Source: Bugula neritina (lineage: Eukaryota; Animalia; Bryozoa). Taken from it: 64,000 nucleotides of DNA. The notes beneath the pieces are model-generated. The model saw only the letters and a program-made list of their open reading frames with translations. It ran no database searches and was not told the origin of the DNA. This document shows positions 1 through 14,000 of this stretch, piece after piece. Position 1 is the stretch's first letter. Each line of letters opens with the position of its first letter. The position numbers and the translations under genes are program-made. The DNA lies in the NCBI GenBank assembly GCA_964035545.1, contig OZ037767.1, positions 10,364,581 through 10,428,580 on the forward strand, in the 5' to 3' direction.

Positions 1-140
1 CTGCAAAACTTTAAAGTGGCTGACAATTATTTAACGCATGAAATTAAGTTATCATCTTCAAGAATATCAAAATCTAATTTTAGCAGAAAAAATAAGTATT
101 TGCAGCCTTTTTGAGCAACTTTTATTTTGTTTTGTTTTAG

Positions 141-332
141 AAACTGAGTAGAAAGGAAATGAAGTTTATTAGACAAATAGTTAAAGAGAAAAAGATAAAG
201 GCTCCAGAGAAATGCGGTACGAGATTCATGAAGTACTGTGATACGGATAACGACGGCTTTGTGACTGCTAATGAGTTGGTTATATGTACTGAGGTTCGCA
301 GGAAGGCTCGTCGTAGTCAAAGAAAACGTTAG
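141..332 (+). CDS. Last coding exon of a SMOC/SPARC-family secreted EF-hand (EC domain) protein; rest of gene lies left of the window
   Basis: Poly-T acceptor ttttgttttag ends at 140. Translation KLSRKEMKFIRQIVKEKKIKAPEKCGTRFMKYCDTDNDGFVTANELVICTEVRRKARRSQRKR* has C-x7-C, an EF-hand loop DxDxDG(x)5E and a closing Cys, as in the SMOC C-terminal EC domain (recalled human SMOC1 KREMKPFKRYVKKKAKPKKCARRFTDYCDLNKDKVISLPELKGC). Not in the ORF track. Confidence 0.8.
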   Translation, partial: KLSRKEMKFIRQIVKEKKIKAPEKCGTRFMKYCDTDNDGFVTANELVICTEVRRKARRSQRKR

Positions 333-512
333 TAGACTTTGTCTAGTTATTTGTCATTCGAATTCACTTCTACTTGGGACTTACCCCTATATGACTCTTG
401 AAATTCAGCTGCTAAATAGGCTTTGCTTCTTTATTATAAACATCATGTAATTTAACTTTTTTCTCACCTATCTCCGCTTTGTCCTGTTCGGGTAGCGGGA
501 AACATCATCATG

Positions 513-560
513 TAATTAATTTAATGTTGTAGTTTTAAAACTACAACATTAAATTAATTA
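513..560. repeat. Perfect 48-bp spacerless palindrome
   Basis: taattaatttaatgttgtagtttt|aaaactacaacattaaattaatta. Confidence 0.95.
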
Positions 561-699
561 TTGTGCAACTTGGCAGCTCTTTGAGGCATCTTAATTTTCC
601 TGTCTTTCTGTTTTATTTGTAGAAGGAGCTATAAGACACGCTGCCAACAGAAATCCATTTACTGATTTGCTGACACCCTCTTAGTCTTTGTCCAACCCA

Positions 700-825
700 T
701 ACATACCTATCTGTATGCTAGCTACATACATGTACATACCTGTATGCTAGCTACATACATGTACATAGCTGTATGCTAGCTATATACATGTACATACCTG
801 TATGCTAGCTACATACATGTAAATA
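700..825. repeat. 29-bp minisatellite, about 4 copies
   Basis: Unit ctgtatgctagctacatacatgtacatac. Confidence 0.9.
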
Positions 826-976
826 TGTCTGTAGGATAGTTGATACATGCGTTTTAGACACGGCCATCTCAAGTAGTTGACTGATATTGTAGGGAGCTGA
901 AATCAAAAATATTCTGTTTTTCTATTTCTACAATTAACTTGATTTAAGTAGGTGTATACATTGTTTGTGGTTTAGG

Positions 977-1168
977 GCACCTTCTGGTGTCAAGTAGTAC
1001 CTTCTGGTGTCGAAGAGTACCTTCTGGTGTCAAGTAGTACCTGCTGGTGTCGAAGAGTACCTGCTGGTGTCAAGTAGTACCTGCTGGTGTTGAAGAGTAC
1101 CTGCTGGTGTCAAGTAGTACCTGCTGGTGTTGAAGAGCACCTGCTGGTGTTGAAGAGCACCTGCTGGT
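977..1168. repeat. 20-bp minisatellite with alternating variants, about 9.5 copies
   Basis: ct(t/g)ctggtgtcaagtagtac alternates with ct(t/g)ctggtgt(c/t)gaagagtac. Confidence 0.9.
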
Positions 1169-2070
1169 ATAGGCAAGTGCTAATTGTAGCACCGAGAGTT
1201 CCTAGACTGCACAGCACCTACCAATGTTTCTTAGTGGCCTTATTGTCTTGTGCTAAATGCCAATGCTGCACGGCATCTAAAACACAATCTCTTACACAAT
1301 TATCAAAGATCTCTCTATTTTCTGTATCTTATTTTCTATATGTAATATTCACATTTTATTTAATAGACTAGTTTTATTATGAATTTTTATGTCTTTTACA
1401 AAGAAATGTAGTTTAACTATTGTACACGAAATTGGCCATTTTTATCAAGTTTTGGTGATTCAAAATTGTGGCAAGCTGCACCTCATTGCGTTCCACCGAT
1501 CCACTTGTCAAGCTTTGACTCCCAAATAATGCTTTTAATCTTGTGTTATGTACAGAGTAAGCATAGTATGTCACAGTACATGGGTATTGGTTAGAATGTA
1601 GGCAGCACTTATTTCTAGCAAGATTTGTTGCAATATCTTATTTTCTATGGTCACCAAAATTATTCCATTGATATATTAGTGATGTATTTTTCTTTTTATA
1701 CCCATGCTGAGATTTCATGTTTTCACGCTTTGACACAGTATATAAAACTTTGGCTGGTAATAATAGTTCTATTTAATAGACCCATTGTATAAATATTTAT
1801 TTCTTGTGTATGATATTTTCTTACCGGACTGTAACATAAATAAAAATAATGATACAAATAACAGACTTGAAAAATAGTTGAGAAACTAATAGGTACATAA
1901 TATATACAAGAGTAATTGTGGTCTAAATTTGTAAGCAAACATGAATATTTAATACACCATAGGATATATTGTTTTAATATACAAACGTCAAAGAAAATGC
2001 TGGGATTTCGAAGAAAAAATATACCATAAATATAAACGTATGTCTACGATACAACATAAAAACGGAGTCG

Positions 2071-5000
2071 CTAGGACTTGGCTGGGACACCTTTCGGACT
2101 GTCGGGAGGTGTTGACGTGTGACGGCTGGTGTGCTTCTTCCTTAACGAGAGTCGTCTCATCATACGAGTCGGAGCAGAGTCTTCCCTATCATCTAGAAAT
2201 GTTCAGCACCACTGAGATATAATTCACAGGTATGCATGCAGCCAACATCCAAGTCTTACAGGTAGTCTGCGCTACTGGATATTTATTTAAAAAAATTATA
2301 TTTCAAGCTTTGCTATGGTTATCTGAGCATAGTGGCATATATGGACATGGTAATTGCATCAAAGGTCTAGTAAATGGCAATTATCTTTCGATCATTACCA
2401 TTTCAAATCTAGCAAAAATATTAATAATAAACATTAGCTAATTTAAGTTCAAAAACTCTGTGAGAATCTGTTGAATTCAAATGAGAATGTTTGCAGTAAG
2501 AGGAGAGGACTAAACAATATTAGAAGTTACGCACTACATGACGGCGTGGGATGGAGATTGTGAAATGGGAGTGTGTGAGGGGGTGGGTAGTTAGCAGGTA
2601 ACACTTTAATAGAAAAATAATGTATGTATCATTAATATAGCCCTGGACCACGAAATGTCAACATTAACAAGGAAAGAGTACAACAGGTAAAAACTGAACG
2701 CATAAACCATGACTTACACTTTTGTAGAGCAAATCTAGCATATGAGCATAATTAAATAAACTTACACATCCAATGCAAGTAAGTGCACTACATACACTTG
2801 CATTTCGTAGGCACATGATACTGTTAATAAACTATCCAACTAAACACATAACACAAGGAATTAGAGCCACCAGCCCCCAATCAACATGCAAGAGACAGAG
2901 CAAAGCCAACGACTACCACATAGTGTAAGTATAGCATGATATACCTGCTGCTAAGCTGCACTTAACTACGCAAAAACGGCCAAGACTTTTTAGCCACGTC
3001 TGCAACATAACAATCACAAGAAGATATGAGCATAGCAAGGTGACACGACTCCAGTATATGAGAACATAGCTGGATTCGCCATGCTGTGAGGAGTGGGGGC
3101 AGGGTGCATGCAACACGGTGCACGCCCTTACTCACAATTATTAACATAGGAAACTGGTTTCTGCTGAGAGAAACTAATAGAAGACAGTGTTTCCTACACT
3201 AAAGCTGAAGCCGGCTGGAACAGAATAATATATTTAAGTTGTAAAAATAATATCAGCTAAAAACCAAAGGTAATTCCCTATAACAGAGACATATGTATAC
3301 CTAACATGACATAGAAGGGGTATTTAACCGAAAGGACACCATCCTGCAGGTGATAGTCAACCAACATTATATTCAGTGGTATTTGTAACAAGCATTGCAA
3401 GCTGGAAACCGATATCAGACAACAATTGAAAGAAAAGTTTAAAGGAAGTTTTAAAGCAGTAAACAAAATGAGCTAAACAGTAGCAGTTAGACTGGCAATG
3501 TGTGGGCGGAGCACTAATATAACATAAAGAGTGTACACAATATATGGACATTCCCCTAGCAGAGCTTAGAGTTTGTAAATTACTAAAACCTGACCATCAG
3601 CAATTCAGGAAATGAAAATCGAGATTCAAATGTTTGTTTTTGCTAGTTTTACGTACTTTTAGTGAGTATTCCACTATATACAAACGCCCACACATATGCA
3701 TTGCGTAGCAGATAATAGCCATATGGAATGGAAAGACAACTCTAATGTATTGCCAACTCACCTCTACTCTTAGAAGAGTCATTGATGTCGGCTTCCACAG
3801 CCTGTTCTGTTTCCAAGGAGGCAGCGGCTAGCGGTACGTAGTCTACAAGAGAAGTTGAGTTGGTGAAAACCTTTCAGTAGAATAATGTGTGTTGAATAGC
3901 TGAGAAACTCACCTTGGTCAGTTAGAGATGGAGTATATACACCTACAGTACTTACCTTGGTCGGCTAGAGATGGTGTATATACACCTGCAGTACTTACCT
4001 TGGTCGGCTAGAGATGGTGTATATACACCTACAGTACTTACCTTGGTCAGCTAGAGATGGTGCATATACACCTACAGTACTTACCTTGGTCGGCTAGAGA
4101 TGGTGTATATACACCTGCAGTACTTACCTTGGTCGGCTAGAGATGGTGTATATACACCTGCAGTACTTACCTTGGTCAGTTAGAGATGGTGTATATACAC
4201 CTGCAGTACTTACCTTGGTCGGCTAGAGATGATGCATATACACCTGCAGTACTTACCTTGGTCGGCTAGAGATGGTGTATATACACCTGCAGTACTTACC
4301 TTGGTCAGTTAGAGATGGTGTATATACACCTGCAGTACTTACCTTGGTCGGCTAGAGATGATGCATATACACCTGCAGTACTTACCTTGGTCAGCTAGAG
4401 ATGGTGCATATACACCTGCAGTACTTACCTTGGTCGGCTAGAGATGGTGTATATACACCTGCAGTACTTACCTTGGTCAGCTAGAGATGGTGCATATACA
4501 CCTGCAGTAAACGTCTCGAATGTTGTGTCCATGCGGCAGACTTTCACTATCCTGTCTAGACACACCATTCTAACTTGAAAGCTGAACAACTCCACGTTAA
4601 GAAAGTGGCAGGTGAAAATGTTTACAATATGCAACCTTACCGAGTATGAAACTCAAGGCTCAATAGTGTATTATATTACACTAGATATTAGATGTATGTA
4701 TACAGGCGTACATTTATTAAAGTGTATGTGCAGTGTATATATTATAGTATATGAAGAGCAGCTGTGGTCTAGGGGTTAGAGCGTTTGTCTAGCTAAACCC
4801 GAAGCAATGGGTTCGAACCCCAGTAAAGGCCATTGGTAATGTTAGGAAGAGCATCCAGTCATAATTTCTCCTGTGCCACATCTGAATAAGTCCTTACTTA
4901 GATTTAACAAAAAAACCCTCCCATCAGGGGTTTCTCGAAGGGCATACTAGTATAAATACTAGTATTCACACTCTAATGTATATACTATAGTATGTATAAT

Positions 5001-8000
5001 ATAGAATATAATATACTCTAGTATATATTCTATATGTATAATGTAATATTTATATATACTCAGGCATACAGGTTATGCAAGTTAGAAATCAATATAAAAG
5101 ATACAAAGGCTTGAAGTGGGGAAGAGTGAGACGGTGTATGCGACTCGCGTTCACAGCTGTGCACCGAATCAAAACTGGTAGAGATTTCTTGCTCACAATA
5201 GCACCATCAAATAGAGGACCAAAGAACGGCACCTGTGAAATATAAAGAGCAGCTAAGTATGGTATAGTATATGGCATATTACAGTCTATGGTATATTATT
5301 ATTATATTATATTACAGTATATAATATAAGTTATACCTTGAGGCATATAGTATATATTATACTACAGTAGATAATACAAACTATATGACACATCAGAGTA
5401 TTACATAGTATAAGGCATATCAGAGTATTATAGTATATATAATAGTATAAGATTATATATTACAGTATACAGCATTAAGTATTGTATAGTATAATGTAAC
5501 ATAGTAGGATTATAGCATGGTATCAGTATTGCATATAGTGTAATGTATAATAATTTAGACAGTAATAAAAAGATGCAAATGCCAGATAAACATAATCAAT
5601 TTATTAATTTTCACGACATTTGAAGTGACTATTAAAGGAAGAAGTATAAAACCAAACACCTCATTTCATTTGGGAATTCCAGCTGAAGAATGTAGCTGGA
5701 GTTGTTGCATCTGTCTTACAGTTTTTCAGTTTTTAAGGAAGTACAAATTTGATTTAGAAAATCTCAAAAATATCACTAATTATGATATTTATTTTCATAC
5801 TTTTCCACAAAAAAGCGGTTAAAAGTAACTAAATTGAAAGATATAAATTAATCTATCACCTTTTACATATATATCTGATCACAACAAATAGATTATAAAT
5901 TATCACATTAGTTATTGCCGAATGGAGGGATGCAGGTTTGACTGACCTCTGGTTTCTTGTCAATCTGAATACGGTAGAGCCCGCACTCGAGTGGATATAT
6001 CACGATGATAACGTTGGCAAAGTCGGTGGGTATGATTCCCCTTCTGTATGGTCTATAGTGCTCACTCCACACTACGTGTATCTCGTCATTGCCAATGTGT
6101 CTCAGCTACACAACAAAACCCAACATAAATCTTCTCAGCAAACAGATAGGTGGGATTTTAGAACTGCCAAAACCTTTGAGAAGTCTGAATATTTCAGATT
6201 ATCCCTTGACTGCAGGCTTAACATGGTGTGGTAAAACCCGATTTATAAGTCCATGGAAATTAGAATCAAACTGGAATGTTATTTGAGAAAGATTACTAAG
6301 CAGTGACGTTTACCCTCTACTCATAATAAGAACAAGTTAAAATTTAAAACCTGAACATTATTAATTAGATTACAGCTTGATCTCCTTGAAAAAGACAATT
6401 CTAAAATGTCGCTCAACAAAATCTTGTTTTTACACATTTTTGCATTAAAAGCTTTCACTGAAAACCTACAGCCATGAAATATTTGTTGGATATTTTCTCA
6501 CCTTCTTGTGACGATCTTCTTCCGTCTCGGAGGGCATCCTTGTAGACACGTGGTACATGACTTCCAGTGTGCTAGTACAATAATAGGGGGCAGTTGCACC
6601 ATTGCTCTTGTTTCTTTGTAGACCACCTATGAAACCTTCGTGGGTGGTCAGGTCCACCTCCCAGCCCAGACCACACACAAACTCCTCAAATGAGGAGGAA
6701 CCAGTGGAATTAGAAAGTATGGAGTGTTTGTCTTCCTGACCGTTAGCCACGTAAATCACGGCAAACTTGTGGGTCTCCCGACTAAACAACGCAAAAAGAA
6801 AATGGCTACCATAAAGAACACCAAAATATAGCACTAACTGGGAGAGTTTTAAAATAGTTTGTATTAAATAGTAACAGGCAGGTAGGCTGGCAGACCACAG
6901 TGACTGATTATGAGACAGTGCGCATAAGAACACAGTCTAAATGAAATCAGAATAGGTTAGAGTGAGCAAAAGACAGAGTAGAGAATATTGGAAAACATCC
7001 ATTACCATGATTGCATGTCAAGGTATTTGAGTTCTCGAAGGAGTTTCTCCGTTTTGTTAAGTAGGTGAATCCTATGTCGGGTTTCCCAAGAGAGGTATCC
7101 CATTTGGTTGAGGAGTTGCCTACACAGTGTGTATGGTAATGTTGTAGGGCTGTATTGGGGGGCTCTTTCTCGTCCCACTGTCAATCTAAACATGCATATT
7201 TGTGAGCAATAACCACAGACAAGGAGAAATATTCAAACCACACTGTTAATTTAAGAAGATGGATATAAAAATACAACATATTTTTCAAAATTTGATGAAA
7301 TATTATCCACCTGTATATTTCTGGTAATAGATGCTAAATTACCTAAAGTCTGTTTTTTGTTCTGAAGATAAATTTATCTCCACTTGTTCGTGCTGCGCCG
7401 CAGTAGTTTTGACTTGCTCTTCCAAACAGGACGTGACATCATCAGTCATTTCAACAGGGACATCTAGCGGTTCACCTGGTTGCAGTTGACATTCCGGGCT
7501 GGACTCAGCAATGTGCCTCAGCATCTAACAGAAAAATAATATAATATATAATATATAACACTAGTTACTACATATACTATATTCTATAATATAATATTAT
7601 ATACGCTGTAATATACTATATACATTGTAATATACTGTATATACTATATACAATATGTGTAGTGTAATACAACACTCAAACAGAGTATGTAGTATATAAC
7701 ACATGCACACACAGATAGAGCGGAAGTAGTGTGTACCTTGTCCAGCTGATCATTACTGCTAGGCAGGGGGTTGTTGATGGTGCTGGTGATGATTCCACAC
7801 TCTGAACTGTCAAACAGGTTTTCACTGATGTTGGTCTGGGAGAATGCTGCCAGCACATGATACAGGAGAAAGTCAGCAGGTGTATATACATAGTGTTGTA
7901 TAACATAATAGTTATACAATAAACAGTATATTATACAATATATAACATACATAACATTGTATAAAAATGAAATTATATAATATGCATAATATTGCACTGT

Positions 8001-11000
8001 ATGCATATTATTATATATTATATGATATACAATAAACAATATGTTATACAATAGACATAACATTGTATACTATACACAATACTGTATTATATAATATTTA
8101 CATTATATAATATACATAATATTCTACAATAAACAATACATTATACAATATACATAATACTATACAATATACATCTTACTATATAATATACATAATACTA
8201 TATAATATACATGATACTATATAATATACATGATATTATACTATATAAACAGAATACACACATCTCTTTATGGTCGTAGGCCCAGCCTGTCTGTTCTCAT
8301 ATATCATCGTAGCGTTAGCCGAGTATCTGCCAGTCAAGTCTCGAACCAGGATACGCGCTGTGCTGGACGGGATGGTGGTGGAGCCAATGGGCCAACTTAT
8401 GTCACGCTGGAAATATCACGAGATACTGAGTTAGACAGGAACCTCATAGATATGGGAACAGAGTGACAACATAAAGTTATTCAATTCTGTTGAGACACAA
8501 GAGAGTATATCTTATCAAAGACACGAAAAGAGATATCAGCTTTGATTGGCTACCAGAATACATAACACTAACAAGTGACTATGAGTTACTAAAAGACTGT
8601 GACTAATGTGACTCACAGAGTAACTAAAGTGCTGTGACTAGAGCTAGTATGAGTTACTAAACTACTGTGACTAGTGTTAGTATGAGTTACTAAACTACTG
8701 AGACTAGTGTTAGTATGAGTGACTGAAGTGCTGTGACTAGAGCTAGTATGAGTTACTAAACTACTGTGACTAGTGTTAGTATGAGTTACTAAAGTACTGT
8801 GACTAGCGTTAGTATGAGTGACTAAAGTACTGTGACTAGAGCTAGTATGAGTGACTAAAGTACTGTGACTATTGTGACTCACAGAGTTCTGTAAAATGTG
8901 TCAAAGTCTTACCTTCTGCATTTCCATAACCGTCAGCAGAGTAGATTTATTAAACACAAACATCTACAAATAAAACAAGCTGCTTGATGATTGGACAATA
9001 TAAGTAACTTTGATTATGGTTGGACAATATAAGTAACCTTGACTATGATTGGGCAATATAAGTAACATTGACTATGATTGGGCAATATGTGCGCGCATAC
9101 CTGAAGGTTCGGGGAGTCAAAAATATCTTTGCACATTTCAGTAGCTGATATGTCAAGGTCGTGGCACTCCTGCAAAGATGTGAAGGTCCGTGAAGAGTTG
9201 GCGTCTGACGGGAAGTTACTAATGAGATTCACCAGGTGCCGCATAACCTAACAATACAGTACAATATAATAATATCATAATACTATATAGTTATATTATA
9301 TACAACACTATATAGTTATATTATATACAACACTATATAGTTATATTATATACAACACTATATAGTTATATTATATACAATACTATATAGTTATATTATA
9401 TACAATACTATATAGTTATATTATATACAACACTATATAGTTATATTATATACAACACTATATAGTTATATTATATACAACACTATATAGTTATATTATA
9501 TACAACACTATATAGTTATATTATATACAACACTATATAGTTATATTATATACAATACTATATAGTTATATTATATACAACACTATATAGTTATATTATA
9601 TACAATACTATATAGTTATATTATGTACAACACTATATAGTTATATTATACACAACACTATATAATTATATTATATACAATACTATATAGTTATATTATA
9701 TACAATACTATATAGTTATATTATATACAACACTATATAGTTATATTATACACAATACTATATAGTTATATTATATACAATACTATATAGTTATATTATA
9801 TACAACACTATATAGTTATATTATATACAATACTATATAGTTATATTATATACAACACTATATAGTTATATTATATACAATACTATATAGTTATATTATA
9901 TACAACACTATATAGTTATATTATATACAATACTATATAGTTATATTATATACAATACTATATAGTTATATTATACACAACACGATATAGTTATTTTATA
10001 TACAATACTGTATAGTTATATTATATACAATACTATATAGTTATATTATACACAACACTATATAGTTATATTATATACAACACTATATAGTTATATTATA
10101 TACAATACTATACAGTTATATTATATACAACACTATATAGTTATATTATATACAACACTATATAGTTATATTATATACAACACTATATAGTTATATTATA
10201 TACAACACTATATAGTTATATTATATACAATACTATATAGTTATATTATATACAACACTGTATAGTTATATTATACACAACACTATATAGTTATATTATA
10301 CACAATACTATATAGTTATATTATATACAACACTATATAGTTATATTATATACAATACTATATAGTTATATTATATACAACACTATATAGTTATATTATA
10401 TACAATACTATATAGTTATATTATATACAACACTATATAGTTATATTATATACAATACTATATAGTTATATTATATACAACACTATATAGTTATATTATA
10501 TACAACACTATATAGTTATATTATATACAACACTATATAGTTATATTATACACAACAAGTCAGACGTACAAACTTGGCTGCAGCAGTCACTGAGCTCTCC
10601 TCCGCCTCCTCATCGTCTTCACTGGAATGGTATAGAGACTTCATTGGGCTGTTGGTACAGGCAGCAACAGACATCATTGACTCTAGGTCATACTCCTGAC
10701 TGAACTCCGGGTTAGCTTTCTGTATTTTCTTGACTTCTCCAGTAGACACGACTTGCAAAATCTATGAAGAAAGACTTGCAGTAAGTCATACATAGATACT
10801 TAATGAGTCTTTGCCATTACTTAAACGAGACTTGAGCATTACTTAAACCAGTCTTTGTCATTACTTGAATGAGACTTGGCTACTACATTTAGCGAGCACT
10901 ATTCCAATTCACTAAAATTAAATTTCGAGCAGTTGATGATCACACAATGTTACAGGACAATATTTGAAGAAAAACTGAAGTAGAATATATCAACAAGTAG

Positions 11001-14000
11001 TAAAATACAAGAGGAAATTTTGACTTTTATTTTAATAAAAAGAAGCTGGGGCGGTTTCAGATTCTTATTGGCAAGTTTAATATAAATTTTTCGGATAAAT
11101 TGTTTTTGGTATATTTTTCATTATAAGAGACAATTAGAGAATGAATTAAAAAAACAAGATGATTCCAATGTGTAACTCAAGTGAGTAGAGTGATAGTAGG
11201 TCAACTTCTACTATTTCATGACAAATAGCGTTATTGAGTTTATATTTTGTTAATATATATTTAAACTACTACTTTGAAATTTGAAAATATTTACCAATCC
11301 TTGATAAATTTACACAACGCTAAATATAGATCAATTTGATGAACTGGAATTTGAAATTCTAGCCCAAGAGAGACTAACAACTAGCCTGAAAACAATATGG
11401 AAGTGTACCTTGAAAACTTTGCCTATTAGAGATGCACCTTGGGCGTCCTTTTTAATCAGGTCATCTAGAGAGAGGTTCATACACCACTGTAGGAGGCAGA
11501 ACATAATGGACTCCACTACATGCAGGTTGTCTTCTTTACTTGTTTGAGAGATGTGGTTATGTAGACTGGCCACTATAGTCTGAAAACATAGACAGCACCA
11601 AAAATCTTAAAGCCCAAAAGAAATATCTTCTTTACAGAGTACTTTCATGTCTAGAATCACTTGCATTCCACGCATTCAGGCCTAAGTCAATTAGCCAATA
11701 TAAAACCATTATAGCTAATTTTATAGATTATATTAAAACTTATTGATTAATTACTATCTTTGGATATTCATTTTTAGCCATTAAAACTGCCTTCTATTAT
11801 CCAGTTCAGTTATATGCAGCAGTTCCATTACATATATGCTAATACTACTTCACCCAATCACAAAAAAAGTGATAAATATACAGTATTTAAATTAATCATA
11901 AATGTTTCTTCTGATTCGTCATAAACAAAAAACCTACCTCTATTAGCAGGAATTCGAGAAAATACTTTTACCAACTATGTTTATCAACAAAACAACACAC
12001 AAGAAATGTTTGATGTCATTTTCACCAAGTTTTCTTACACTTCTAGAAAGGAGAGTCAAAGATAAATAGTAAAATACATACAGAAACTATTTTAGCAGGA
12101 AAAGTCGGTTCATACTCCGTCAGCTCTGGGACAAAGTAGCTGAGTAGAAGCAGCATGTCGCAGGCAACACGAGCAACCAACTCCGTGTTGAACTACAGAG
12201 TATATCAACATGTGATAAGCGCTGTATAAATGTTTTAGTGCTAAGCTACAGTTAGATTATATTCTAAAAATATTTCAATATTCGATAAGTCTAAGTTGTC
12301 TTACCCTCAGACTGACGAGTAAAACATTAACAGTGTCTCTAAACTTGGGGTGTTTGTTCTTTGAGAGCATTTCCTCCACAAGAAATATTCCGAGAGAGCT
12401 TAGGGCCACACATCTGCCAGTAGAATACATTTACTGGTACCATAACTCAGTAACAAAAACGATTGTAAACTTGAATAAAAAAGTGTGCGAGTAAAATGAC
12501 TGAAGGTGAACTTTTTCATCTACCAGATTTACAAGAGGCATAATGAAATCTTCAACTCCCAGCTCTTAATAATCCTAAATGCAACATTTAGAATTAATGT
12601 CTACATTATTTTGCAATGTATACATTATATTATAATGTATTACAAAGTAATTTGCAATCAGAGCCAGAACCAAGGAAAGACACCAAGTATAAATATCAGA
12701 TACGCTAATTCGCCTATTCATTACAGCAATAGACGATCTTAAAAAGAATCAAGTGAAATAAAATCATAAAATACATTTAGAGCTGTAAAATGTAGTATGC
12801 TATACAGAATGTGTATACATACAGCACGCTGACCTACCTAGCAATGCCGGCTGGCTCCTTCCTGCCTCCATCTAGAAGTACTGCTAGCACCAAATCCTTG
12901 AAATGGTCAGCTTTTATTGTACTGTTACTACTACTACTTTGAGATAACACTTCTATTGCACCAAAGTGATTAGGGAAAGACACCAGAGAAGCTAGAAGTG
13001 TGGTTGCCTCAACTCTAGGAACCTACAGTTGTATATCACACAGCTGTTGTATACCACACATCTGTTGTATATCACACAGCTGTTGTATATCACACAGCTG
13101 TTGTATACCACACATCTGTTGTATATCACACATCTGTTGTATATCACACAGCTGTTGTACAGCACACATCTGTTGTATATCACACAGCTGTTGTATATCA
13201 CACATCTGTTGTACATCACACATCTGTTGTACATCACACATCTGTTGTACATCACACATCTGTTGTATATCACACAGCTGTTGTACAGCACACATCTGTT
13301 GTATATCACACAGCTGTTGTACAGCACACATCTGTTATACAGCACACAGCTGTTGTATATCACACAAATGTTGTATATTACACATCTGAGCAGTGAAAAC
13401 TAAATACAACTAGCACCAAAAACTGCTATCATAAAATATGAGCACATTCAAACTAGCATTATCACATGACTTTCTTGTGGTTTGAGCAGCGCCAAAGTTG
13501 CTACTAACCAATCATATATCACAAATCAACGTCCAGCATCCACTTTTAAATGCTATCATGTAAATTACTATGCTTAAATGCTATATGCAACGATTTAAAA
13601 ATATTCAGTAAAACTCCAAACTTTGTGTTACCTGAATATGAATAACTGATATGACAAACCTGCTTTCAAAGTATATAAACACATCACAAGACAATTTGTA
13701 TATGATGTCAGTTTCGCATAACGCATGCCAATGAAAATCATACCGTAACCACGTGGTTAGACTTGAGATTGAGCACCGCCGTCACGGCATTAATGGCGTC
13801 CATGATGAAGAGAGTGGATCCGGGCAAATCGAGTCCGAATAGTAAAGTGGAATGTCTGACTAGAGTGGCCACCAGGGGCTGAAAGTATGGTACAACTGAA
13901 TGTAGGTCCCGCATAGTGAGCAATATCATATCATATCATATCATATCATATCATATCATATCATATCATAGCGATAGATATCATTCAGTATTACCTGATA

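Noticed and set aside
27-320. 97-aa minus-strand ORF
   Set aside because: Antisense shadow of the SMOC-like exon on the plus strand.
3908-4509. CRISPR-like regular repeat
   Set aside because: No unique spacers, eukaryotic intron context and no cas genes; it is a head-to-tail minisatellite.
4755-4835. Functional tRNA gene
   Set aside because: A and B boxes are present, but there is no convincing acceptor stem and it continues into a body repeated at 38228 and 58355, so it is a SINE.
8613-8882. Mucin-like S/T/H-rich exon of RalGAPA
   Set aside because: It is a 33-bp intronic repeat; the flanking exons join in frame without it.
12992-13403. Cys/His-rich metallothionein-like ORFs
   Set aside because: Artefacts of an 18-bp repeat that is open on both strands inside a RalGAPA intron.
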